DNA from: Hypanus sabinus
Taxonomy: Eukaryota
DNA: 64,000 bases
Reading direction: 5' to 3'
Assembly (NCBI RefSeq): GCF_030144855.1
Contig: NC_082722.1
Coordinates: forward strand, 26,784,001 to 26,848,000
Under the pieces are notes generated by a model. That model was not told where the DNA came from and did no database searches. It was given only the letters and a program-made list of their open reading frames with translations. Each line of letters opens with the position of its first letter. Positions within the stretch are counted from its first letter, which is position 1. The translations under genes and the position numbers were made by a program. This document shows positions 50,401 through 61,190 of this stretch, in pieces.

Positions 50401-53400
50401 CCAGATTGATTCCAGAGATGAGAGGGTTAAACTCTGTGAAGAGATTCAGTCACCTGGGTCTGTATTGTTGGAATTCAAAAAGGTTGAAAAGAAATCTTAT
50501 AGAAACATATAAAATTATAAAAGGGTTAGATAAGTTCGAGCCAGAAAAGTTGTTTTCACTGACAGGTGAGACTAGAACTGGGGGAAATCGCCTCTAGATT
50601 CGGGGGAGTAACTTTAGTATGGAGATTAGGATGAACTGCTTTTCCGAAAGAGTAGTGAAATCACTGCCCACAAGGTTGGATGTATTTTTGCATAGCTGGG
50701 GAATTCTACATTATAGGGGAAGGCAGGCAGATGGAGATGCATCCCTCGTCGGATCAGCCATGATGTTAAAGTCTCGATGGGTCAGATGGCCTACCGCTGT
50801 TGATATTTCTTACGTTCTTACGAAATACCGTAATTTATGCATAGCCTGTTACATAGCAAACATTCCGATATATTTCAAAAAAACAGAAAAAAAGCTGAAA
50901 TACCAAAAATAGGTATTTCGACGGATATCGGGTGCAGGTCGATGAAATAGATTTTATCATTACTTTTTTTCAAGGAGGAAATTTGAAGAATAGTTGGGTC
51001 TTATATGGATTTCTACGTATCACCGAGAATATGATTTTCTGGTTGTATAGTGGTGTTCTGCAGGGGTTGGTATTGGAACTACTTCTTTTAAATTTATTTA
51101 TCAATTATTTTGTGACGTAATTCATCGCTTTGTAGCAATGGGTTAAACACTCCAGCAGAATTACTGAAATAACTGCCTCTGGTAATCGTATGGATATATA
51201 TTCTAAAGTACAATGCAACTCCATTTCTTTCCGTATGATCCAACCCAGCTCTATTTTCATGCAGCTTGATAAATTTTTGAGAATGCCAGAAATTTCACCA
51301 ATAAATGTTGTGACCTGAAGATCTCTTTAACATGGTCATGATTTTTAGTTCTACGTTATATTAGTGCTAAAGAAAGCACATGACATGGATGTGATATGAT
51401 AGAAAATGCAATTCAGTTCCATTATTCTCTCTATGAAATTGACTATTGCATTCGTTTTTGGAAATTCAATCATTTTCCTTCGTGCACTTTGCATTAATCT
51501 TTAGCCATTTGTTAGAAAAAAGAACAAGATTTACAAATAGAGGATCATGAAGGAATGCGTATTTAATAACTTTGGGTAAAATATCTGTAGGTGTTGGAAC
51601 TCCAAGCAACACACACAAAATGCTGGAGGATCTCAGCAGGTCAGGCAACACCAGTCCTGCCAAATGTCTCGCCCGAAACGTCGACTGCTTTTCTCCACAG
51701 ATGCTGCCTGGTCTGCTGAGTTTCTCGGGCATTAAAACACTCTATTTTCTGACAGTCTCTATATATGTATATATGTTTCACATTTTCTTCTTCCTTTACA
51801 TGATCTAGAAGACAACAATAAATCTCTGATTCTTGGATGTGCTTTGGGCGGATTCGCAATTGTAATTCTGATTATAATTTTGATAAGAAGTGGAGTTAAG
51901 TGGAAACGTGGTAAGAACATGAATGATTTGATATCAAGATTTCCAAGCTATTATCTGATTCACATTCGACAATACTAATTATAAATAACACGATAATTAT
52001 ACATTCCCGTTCAACGTATACAATCACCATTTGTACCTACAATTTTCAGTCTCCTGGGGTTTTCAGGCTGTAACTTCCTGCGGCGATTTTACACAAGTAA
52101 TAATAATCTTACTGTTATAGCTCGTTCTTTTGAGATATAAAATGACTGATGTGCTACCGCCACTCTATTCTTGCAATCAAAATCTAGATCCACCGCATTC
52201 ATGAAAGGTCATGCACAACACAATTCATGACCACAATGTGCACCTCTAGTACTTTGAACAGCTGTCAGGACTTCGAGTTTTCGGCAACAAATTTGATTGC
52301 AATCGAATTCGCACCTTCAAATTTTCTATCAATACTGCTATTATTTAAAGTGTTGTATTTTTTTAATACATTAGGTATTAATAGAACCTCTGAGGAAGCA
52401 AGTCAGAGTGGAAAACCGGTAAGTGAAACAACTTTTCTTTTAGCTTTTCAGTGGAGTATGTTAGAAACATAGAGAACCTACAGCACAATACAGGCCCTTT
52501 GGCCCACAAAGCTGTGCCGAACATATCATTATCTTAGAAATTACCTATGGTTATCCATAACACTCTACTTTTTTTGAGATCCGGGATTCTATGCAGGAGT
52601 CTCTTAAAACACCCTATAGTATCCGCCTCCGCCACCATCTCTGGCAGCCCACCCCACGCACTTAACACTCTGTGTAAAACAATCTGCACCTGACATCTCC
52701 TCTGCACCTACTTCCAAGCACCATAAAACTGTGCCCTCTTGTGTTAGCCATTTCAGCCCTGGAGGAAAACAAATCTCTGACTATCCACATGATCAATGCC
52801 GCTCATCATCTTAAACACCTCTATCAGGTCACCTCTCATCCTCCGTCGCTCTAAAGAAAAAATGCCGATTTCACTCAACCTATTCTCATATGGTAAGTTC
52901 CCCAATCCAAGCAACACACTTGTAAATCTCCTCTGCACCCTTTCTATGTTTTCCACATCCTTCCCATGGTGAGGTGACAAGAACTGAGCAGAGTACTCCA
53001 AGTGGGGTCTGGCAAGGGTCCTGTATGGCTGCAACATTACCTCCTGGCTCCTAAAATCAATCTCACGATTGATGAAGGCCAATGCCTCGTGTGCTTTCTT
53101 AACCACAGCGTCAACTTGCGCAGCGGCCTTGAGTGTCCTATGGACACGCACCCACGATGCCTCTGATCCTCCACACTGATAAGAGTCTTACTATTAAGAC
53201 CTATTCTGTCATCACAATTGACCTACCAAAATGAATCACCTTACACTCATCTGGGTTGAACTCCAGCTGCCATTTCTCAGCAGAGATTTGCATCCTATCA
53301 ATATCCCGCTGTAACCTGTGACAGTCATCCATACTATCCACAACACCTCCAACCTTTTTGTGTCATCGGTATATTTACTAACCCATTCCTCCACTTCTTC

Positions 53401-55889
53401 ATCCAGGTCATTTATAAAAGTAAGGGAAAGTAGGGATCCCACAAACAGTTCCCTGACGCACACCACGGGTCACTGACCTCTATGCACAATATGACTCGTC
53501 CTCGATTACACTTTTCCTTCTGTGGACTAGCCAGTTCTAGATGCACAAAGCAATGTCCGCTTGGATCCCGTGCCTCCTTAGTTGCTCAGTAAACCTTGCA
53601 TGGGGTACGTTGTCAAATGCCTTGCTGAGTCACATCCTGAAAAAAAAAATCAGTCTCGTAAGGCATGACCTGCCTTTGAAAAAGCCATGCTGACTATTCC
53701 TAATCCAATTATACCTCTCCAAATGTTCATAAATCCTGCCTCTCAGGATCTTCTCCATCGACTTACCAACCACTGACGTAAGAGCCACTGAGCTATCTCT
53801 ACTCCCCTTCTTGAATAGACGGGACAACACCCGCAACCCTCCAATCCTCCTGAACCTCTCCCTTCCCCAGTGCAGATGCAAAGATCATCGCCAAAGGCTC
53901 AGCAATCTCCTCACTCGCCCGCCACAGTAGCCTGGGGTACATCTCGTCCTGTCCCGGTGATTTATCCAACTTCATGCTTTCCCAAAGCTCCAGCACGTCC
54001 TCTTATTTAATATCTACACGCTCAAGCTTTTCAGTCCGCTATAAGTTATCCCAAAAATCGCCAAGATCATTTTCCGTAGAGAATACTGAAGCAAAGTACT
54101 TTATAATTAGCTCTGCAAACTCCTGCTGTTCCATATACACTTTCCCCTGTCACACTTGTTTGGTCCTAGTCCCTCAGATCTTACCCTCTTGCTTTTCACA
54201 TACATATTGGTAGAGGAATATTTTTATCAATTACGACCTAAGCATGGATATGTATGCGTATGCATGAGAACTGGTGACAAACTTACCGGCACAACGGTCC
54301 TTCAATAGTCCGTAGTGTCGGAGGAATAGTGACGGTTGACCCTTCGTAAACTGTTGGGGAAAGGAGGAAAAAGGAAATCACTGCGGAGGGAAAAATATGA
54401 CGAGAGATGGGAAACTCATCCTACTCGTATAATAGCTTGAAAATACTGCGTGAAGATCAATTTCAATCGTAAAAGATCATAGGGACTTTCAACACTAGGG
54501 AAAACACATTTCGTATCGTTTCTGAAATAATATGCATCGCAATAACATTTACTGGTGTTAGAATGTTATTGTGTCGCATATTTACTCAATTGCGGTTAAG
54601 TTTTCATACTCATATTCGCTTTATGGAATCGGAATTGCATTAGACTCTTCAGAGTGTGAACTACCACTTTGTAACAGGCTGGACGAGCCCCAGTTGAACA
54701 TCCCCTTGCCTATGCCACACTAACCGTGAGAACAATCAAAATAAATCACAAGGTTAGACAGCAGGATAAACATGTTGTCTATGCAAAGTTAAAGCCAAAC
54801 ATTTGGGGGAGGGGGAGATGCAAAATCAGTGTTGAATTTTGAAGAAATAATTACAATTCATGTCTTAAACGATAAAAACGCTTAGGTCCAATTTTGGTGG
54901 TTGATGGTGGTCATCTGTCTCGAATGACAATGTCTGATGATGATCATCATCACAAGCCAGCGCGGAAGGTATGGAGATCCTAAGACGTCCAGTTGTGAAA
55001 ATCCCCCTCTCGGCCTCATCAGTGTACTCCAAAGGAAAGCTTATAAATCAATACGTTTGCAACAGCTTGGCTGCAGGAGCTAGCGGAATGATGTTCAATA
55101 TCTCCCAGTCGCATTGGCAGCTCCATCCCGGATTTGCTGCCTGGGTTTAGTCCCGTAGCTTCCGTCTCTCCCGAGGCTGCCCCACGGCATTGGGAGTATT
55201 TACCCATAGCTGGGGATCTGGTTCATTAACACCAGGGCGTGAGCATACACCGGTGGGCCTGGGTTCTACATGTTCAGCAGTCAGACCACCTCCCCGTTCT
55301 CAGTAAGCAGCCTGGGACAGCAAGCAGTTTCGTTTCCGTATAAAATAATATTTTATACGAGAATGCAAAACATGGCAACGAAACCAGTGATGAACAAAGA
55401 AACAACAAACACGAGGAAATCTGCAGATGCTGGAAATTCAAACAACATGACACAGAAAATGATGGTGGAACACAGCAGGCCAGGCAGCATCTATAGGGAG
55501 AAGCGCTGTCGACGTTTCGGGCCGAGACCCCGAAACGTCGACAGCGCTTCTCCCTATAGATGCTGCCTAGCCTGCTCTGTTCCAAGAACAAGGAAACAGC
55601 GGTTTCTCTTTTGGCTTTTCAGTACAAACTGTTTTAAATGGCTGTAATCTGGAAATGAAAATTATTACATACATTACAATTGTATCTTAAAATCGATCGC
55701 TTCGCTTTTTTGTTGGACAATTGATTAAGACTCGATATTGAATTACTTCTACAGACTCGTCGTGGCGCAGATAAAACGTTGACACAGGCCGCTCTGCAGC
55801 TTCCCTACAATAAAACATCGGCATTTAAGCACGACAACGAGGATTCAGTGTACGCAAATGTAAGGCTTTCACAAGAAACGAGAAGCTGA
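47367..55889 (+). CDS. Gene C: complete non-rearranging VJ-C1-TM-ITIM inhibitory-type IgSF receptor
   Basis: Exons 47367-47421, 47597-47902, 49106-49402, 51809-51910 and 52375-52418 join in frame with GT/AG sites. They can be followed by tail exon T1 (54678-54842, 322-aa product) or T2 (55755-55889, 312-aa product). No in-frame stops; no charged residue in the TM core. Confidence 0.88.
47597..47902 (+). CDS. Gene C V-type Ig exon with J-like G strand
   Basis: Acceptor TGTCAG, donor A|GTAAGT. SIFCKFP...EVSWW...[27 protein letters not shown]; 70/102 aa identical to the gene A V by manual alignment. Confidence 0.92.
49106..49402 (+). CDS. Gene C C1-set Ig exon
   Basis: Acceptor TTTTGTAG, donor G|GTAAGG, 297 nt. 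[17 protein letters not shown] and YTCLVNHETL. Confidence 0.92.
49790..50820 (+). mobile_element. CR1 RT/3' fragments
   Basis: MDLQKSFDKVPH, VQRTFTRLIPEMRGL, IETYKIIKGLD. Confidence 0.82.
51809..51910 (+). CDS. Gene C transmembrane exon
   Basis: Acceptor GATCTAG, donor G|GTAAGA. EDNNKSLILGCALGGFAIVILIIILIRSGVKWKR. Confidence 0.88.
52375..52418 (+). CDS. Gene C 44-nt cytoplasmic exon 1
   Basis: T-rich tract plus TTAG acceptor, donor CCG|GTAAGT; GINRTSEEASQSGKP, phase 1 to 0. Confidence 0.75.
52470..54185 (-). mobile_element. CR1 3' part in the intron between cyt1 and T1 of gene C
   Basis: KSPGQDEMYPRLL, QHGFFKGRSCLT, FINDLDEEVEEWVSKYTDDT, LARPHLEYSAQF. Confidence 0.9.
54678..54842 (+). CDS. 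Gene C tail exon T1 with two ITIMs
   Basis: Acceptor TTTGTAACAG, phase 0: AGRAPVEHPLAYATLTVRTIKINHKVRQQDKHVVYAKLKPNIWGRGRCKISVEF*. LAYATL and VVYAKL fit the ITIM consensus; tyrosines 23 aa apart. Confidence 0.78.
   Translation, partial: AGRAPVEHPLAYATLTVRTIKINHKVRQQDKHVVYAKLKPNIWGRGRCKISVEF
55482..55568. repeat. Perfect 40-bp inverted repeat with 7-nt loop (fold-back of two Penelope-like termini)
   Basis: 55482-55521 is the exact reverse complement of 55529-55568; arms extend a further 14 bp with 2 mismatches. Confidence 0.95.
55755..55889 (+). CDS. Gene C tail exon T2 (one ITIM-like motif, first Tyr replaced)
   Basis: Acceptor CTTCTACAG, phase 0: TRRGADKTLTQAALQLPYNKTSAFKHDNEDSVYANVRLSQETRS*. 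Confidence 0.68.
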   Translation, partial: TRRGADKTLTQAALQLPYNKTSAFKHDNEDSVYANVRLSQETRS

Positions 55890-56630
55890 AAATCGAAAAA
55901 GGCTGCTGTTTCGTGGACTGTGAAATAATGCATATCCCCCGGGTTGTTTCTCCTTATCTATAGCAGGGAAACTAAAGGGCTACAGCTGAGATAATACTGA
56001 AAGATAAGAATAAGAAGAATGGACATTGGGACAGACGAGCAAAATTTTATTCTGCCCCTACCAATATACATTTTTACAATTTCATAAGAACGTCAAGGAT
56101 ATCAGTTTATCAAGGGAATCAAAAGTTTGCTCTAGTTCATATACGTCAGCTTGTAGAACAACAATATCACTTACGATATATCATCACGATATCGGAATGT
56201 CTTCTCGCGAGAAGCCCAAGTTCAAATTAAACTTCAAATGAGTTGCAACAACCACCTGTGAGCGCAGTACATGATTCAGTTTGCGAAAATCAGCAGAAAT
56301 AACTGAAAAAATAAGCTTGTATTGTGAGTTAACCAAATATTTAGTAACATGACTATTACTTCAATGAATTCTCTACTCTCCTAACTAGATTTTGAATAAA
56401 TTCATTGAAATAAGGAAAGAAACGATCATTCTTCTGTGGGATAAGACAGACTCTTGCCGTTCAATCTCTATATGAATCAAAAAAGGGAAATCTTCAAGAA
56501 CGCTGACATAAACTTCGTGTAAAGCGGTAGGAATCTGAAATTGAAATTTGATGAGTACATCACTAATTTATTTTGCGATCGTTTGATTGAATTGATCACT
56601 GTACGTTAGATTTTGACATTACCTCCACAA

Positions 56631-56744
56631 TCTAAAAATGGAGCTGACAAACTGACTTACGCAGCTCTGCAACCTCACAATCCCATTAATACATCAGCAT
56701 CCAAACTTAAAAGCAATCATACATTGAGCGAAGATATACAGTAA
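56631..56744 (+). pseudogene. Gene C tail exon T3 with mutated acceptor
   Basis: SKNGADKLTYAALQPHNPINTSASKLKSNHTLSEDIQ*; homologous to 30881-31012, but the acceptor reads CACAA and the second Tyr is lost. An in-frame AG lies 21 nt upstream (56608-56609). Confidence 0.6.
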
Positions 56745-58869
56745 TCACATCAAGGAAGCTGTTTAGCTGAGAATCTAGTTGCAGTTCAGAGCTGTAGACC
56801 ACCAATGAGTGCAGACCCGAGGCATTGCTTCCATTCATTCCATAAATCCAGACAAGAAAAAATTACAATCGATATCATATATACGAGTTGGGAAGAGAAG
56901 AGGTCATTTTCGTCTTGACATTTCTCCGATTCATTCAGTAAAATTGTACTGAAAAAGAGTAAGAAACTTATAAATCGGGATCCGCCATTCTTCTGCCAGG
57001 CCATTTAATGTGATAATGTCTGATGTGCTCAGTCATAATCTCCTCTTCTACTCCATCGCACATTTCTCAAACATTTCTAGAAAAATGAACAATTTTCCAT
57101 TAAATATGCCCCAATGATTTACCTCAATATTCCTCAGGCGATTAAAAAAAATACCTATTCAGAGATTCGCCGCCATTGGCGAGACAAACTTATTTTTTAA
57201 GCGCACTTAGAAGCCGCCAATTATAAAGAAGCGAATCTCGCTCAGTTTGCCACCATTCCACCACTCTAGCCAAAGGATTGTTCCCACTTATCACCTGACA
57301 GCTTCGGTCGTACACCTCTTTCGCACATGTATTTATTATCTTCCCTCTACACTCCAATCCTGAGTCTCGATATTAAAACGTTGACCATTCTGTTGCTTTC
57401 ACACTCATTGTATAGCCCAATGAATTGGTCTGGCAGCTTCCTTTTATTTCACGCCAAGTAATTCGGTGGCTCGATGATAATATACTTGGAAAACAACAAA
57501 TAATGATTTTGGCATCTCGTAAATGTTCACTGAATTGTGCTCCAACCCACAGGGAAAACGATAAATAGGAGTATTGAATTCAGTGGCAACGTTTCATGGT
57601 AATGCAGTGTGTAACTTAAGTAAAATGGCAGCAAAAACAATTAGTACATCTTGAGGAAAAGTTTAATTCTTCTGTCGCGTTCGGCTGAGAAGACAGCATT
57701 TGCCTATCCTGTTGGCTAAGACTTCCGGTAACTCTACGTTAATATAGGAACAGTGATATATTTACAAATCTGAATGCATACTGTCATGCAGGACGAAGGG
57801 CAATGGGTCGTGACTGGCCTTCATTGAAATGTTGTTAAACGTTTTAGTTTTTATGGACATCGAGAAAGAAGTGATTTGTCGCTGCATTAAACTTTGTGAA
57901 TGCAACACAAAGAAGGTTGCATTGTTTATTCATTGGGAACCTTTTTTTTGCATGACTCCTTTTTTAATCCACCGAAAATGTTACATCCTTCTCTGGACGA
58001 GTACTTTTTATGAAAATTATGTTTTTTTTTCGGAGGGGGAATTCGCGTCTGTAAAGATCACAATGGGAAGTGTTTGTCCATCAATATTTAACCTTGACGT
58101 GATTCATAGCTCTTTGTAGGTTCAAGTCAATGGTCATACGCAAAATTGTGACAGCGGGAGATGGGCCAAGACAGCAAGAATAAAATTACAGAAGTTTGTG
58201 GACGCAGTTGATTAAGAAACCAGTCTCCTCTCTATGTGGCCTGTATACACTTACCCCCACTGTTCCCATTAATCTGTGCGGATATGCAGCCGCGCAGTAA
58301 CTGAAGTGCTCCTGTGCACATAGGCTTTGCTGTCACGCAGCTCGAATTTTCTTTTAGATAATACCAATCTACATTTGAATTTATGCTAATATGATAATGA
58401 AGTCTATGTTAATGCATTAGTGAAATACCATATAATTGTGTGATAATGAATATGAACCATATTTTTTCTGCATAATGAACATAGGACAACTTTAATGTAA
58501 AACAGTTTAGAGCTTCAACGTTTATACATTCTCAGTGTTGCAAGCTACAGCACTCGTACAAATTGTCCAACAAGCTCAGAATGCAAATCGGTCGCTCATT
58601 GTTAATGAACCACGAGCCCGTGCATAATCTTCCGAGAGGCAGTGTAAAAATTTCCTGCTCAGAGCGATGGTTAGTCCACCTGCTGCAAAATTAGAGGGGA
58701 CATTCCTTCGTATCCCGGTGATAAACAATCAGGCTAATCAAGGTATTTGGCTCGAAAAGGCAACAGTTCATTCCTTTTCATTAATACTGTGAGTTCTGCT
58801 AAGTTCCTGCAGGATTTTGTGTTTATTACTCTGGATTTCAGCATCTCCAAAACTCCTTTGTTTATGGCT

Positions 58870-59420
58870 TACCGGGCCACTGGAACCGACAGGAAATATA
58901 CTGTATTGGGAAGCGTTGAGGTACAGAGGAACCTTAGGGGACACATGGATAGTCTCCTGAAAATACGATACTCTGGTTATTAGATAAGAGGGTCTTTGGC
59001 CAACTTGCCCACTTGACAGTGTATTAACGAGTGCTGGAACATCATGTTGCAGCCATTGGTTAGGCCGCACTTGGAGGGTTGCGTGTTCTTCTGGTCACAA
59101 TAGTATAGAATGCAGGTGGCAGAGTTAGAAAGATTTCAGCAGAAATACACCGGGACCTTGCTTTGGAGGGGAGATAGTAGTGGCATGGAGGGATTGTATA
59201 GAAAAGGGTTTCTGACTCTGGAATATAGCAGACTGGAGGATTACATGACACTTAGATAAACATTGCTATTAATATTGTGGATTCTCAGAGTCATTTTCCC
59301 AAGCCTGGGGAATTAAGGCTGGAGGACATCGTCCTGAATTGAGAGAAGAAATATTTAATGGAGAACTCTGCATGTCAGAGTTTTCACACAGAGGAGGTTA
59401 GTTGTACAAAACATGTTGCC
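58870..59420 (+). mobile_element. Degenerate CR1 3' fragment
   Basis: QRNLRG, decayed LERFQQKY and FTQR-like motifs. Confidence 0.55.
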
Positions 59421-59565
59421 CGAGGAAGTGATAGAGGACCAGAAAATAACAGTTGCATAAATATATCGTTGCGAATGTTCGAGACGCGCCGCTTCCATGC
59501 TGTACACCACGATTCAATTTCTTCTTTTAGCTGAACATCTGCAACAAAGTTTACACGCAGGTCAA

Positions 59566-59638
59566 CAGGAAGTTATAAATAGCAGAAAATAGAAATGCAC
59601 GAATGAGCCTAATGATATTATGGTAAGTCTTTGTGGTT
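59566..59638 (+). promoter_or_regulatory. Candidate upstream regulatory block (ETS + TATA + RUNX), three copies in the window
   Basis: CAGGAAGT 59566, TATAAATA 59574, TGTGGTT 59632. TGTGGTT is also kept at 41326-41332 and at 12933-12939 (minus strand). Confidence 0.25.
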
Positions 59639-60429
59639 AATAAATTTTTTTTGTAGCTCAAAAATCGATTTGCAGACTTGTTTATTTTTAATTTCAACGC
59701 TTAAATTACACACAATGGCTCAAAGTTAAAACTACTGACTTCGAACCCTCTTCGACCCAATTAAAAGTTTCTCATGTTGCTCTGCAATGTCCGTGTTTCG
59801 ATTCTACGGGTTGAAAATTCTGCAAAGGGAACAATGTGAAGCGTTATCACATCAGATAAAATCCAATGCAATTGCTGAACCAGGAAAACTTCACAGTAGT
59901 ACAGAAAAAACTCATAACAATCTCAATGTCAAGAGAAACATTTTGTTTATCTAGTGGTCCAAGCGTGAGGTGGCATCGATGGAGAGGAATGAACAGTAGA
60001 CTTTTCGAGCCGAGCACCTTGACTACCCTGTCATAAGAGAATACATGGAGAAGGATTGAGAATTAATTTAATTTGAATCAGAAAATAATGGAATTTAGTG
60101 TGAATTTTGTCAATGCCTTTCTAAATGTCTTAACATACTCTTAAAAAAAAACAGAGTGGCCTTCCTATGAAGAAAGTTTTTTTTTTAATTTGCGTGATGA
60201 ATTACAATACCGAGGTAGATTCTAGACTAACTTTCCTCTGTAGATGACTATGAAGTGTTGTCAACTTGTACTGAGTTGAGCAGACGTCTGGGTGAAGAGA
60301 GCATTTGGTTTCGAATCTGAAATGTAAATCTAACTGGAAGGAAAATATCCCTGTCCGGCCAAGGCAACATGAAAATGTTAAGAGATATAATTTATCACCG
60401 CTATTCAGGGCCCCAAACACTCCGTCCTG

Positions 60430-61190
60430 GTGAGGCAACATTTTGATTTCCGAATCTTTTATTTTTCTCTACTTTGTACTGTACTTCCGATGCCGCCTCC
60501 TCTATGTTGGTGCGACTGAATATAAATCAGCGGATCGCTTTTTCAGGCGCCTCCACTGCATCCACATAAAGTGGAAATTCCCGTGGCCAGTCATTGTCCT
60601 TCCTGTCCTCATTCTCGTCGCTACATTTTGGTCCTCGGCTTCTTCTTCTGCCACCATGAGGCTTCTCTGAGGGTGGAGAATCAACGCTTCATTTTTGGTC
60701 TAAGTACCCTCCAACCTGATGGCATGAACATCGATTTCTCCTTTCATTAATTTTTCTTTCTCCCTCCCGTCTTCCTGCGTTCCACACTCTAGCCTCCTAC
60801 CTCTTCTACTCACCTACCTATGTCGCCTCCTTTGTGCGCATCCAGCTTCCCTTTCTCGCACGTTCTACTCTCCTATCCTATCAGATTTCTTCTTTGTCTA
60901 TCAGTACCTTTCCTTTTCCATCTATTACCTGGCAGATTTTTACGTCATCGCCTCTCCCCCACTCACCTGGCTTTACCCATGACCTTCTTGTTAGTCCTCC
61001 TTTCATCCTCCCGATTTTGTATTCTGTCATCTTCCCTCTTCCTTTCCAATGCTGATGAAGGGTCTTGACCCTAAACATCGACTGTTGCTTCACTTCCATA
61101 TATGCTTCTTTCCCGGCTGAGCTCCTTTACAATTTTGTGTGTGTCGTTATGGATTGCCAGGAACTCCGCAAAGACTCTTCGTTTGCTGAT
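60430..61190 (+). mobile_element. Penelope-like element 3' fragment with hammerhead-like terminal motif
   Basis: Frameshifted GIY-YIG end (LQPDGMNIDFS) and CTGATGAAGGGTCTTGACCC at 61052-61071. Confidence 0.72.
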
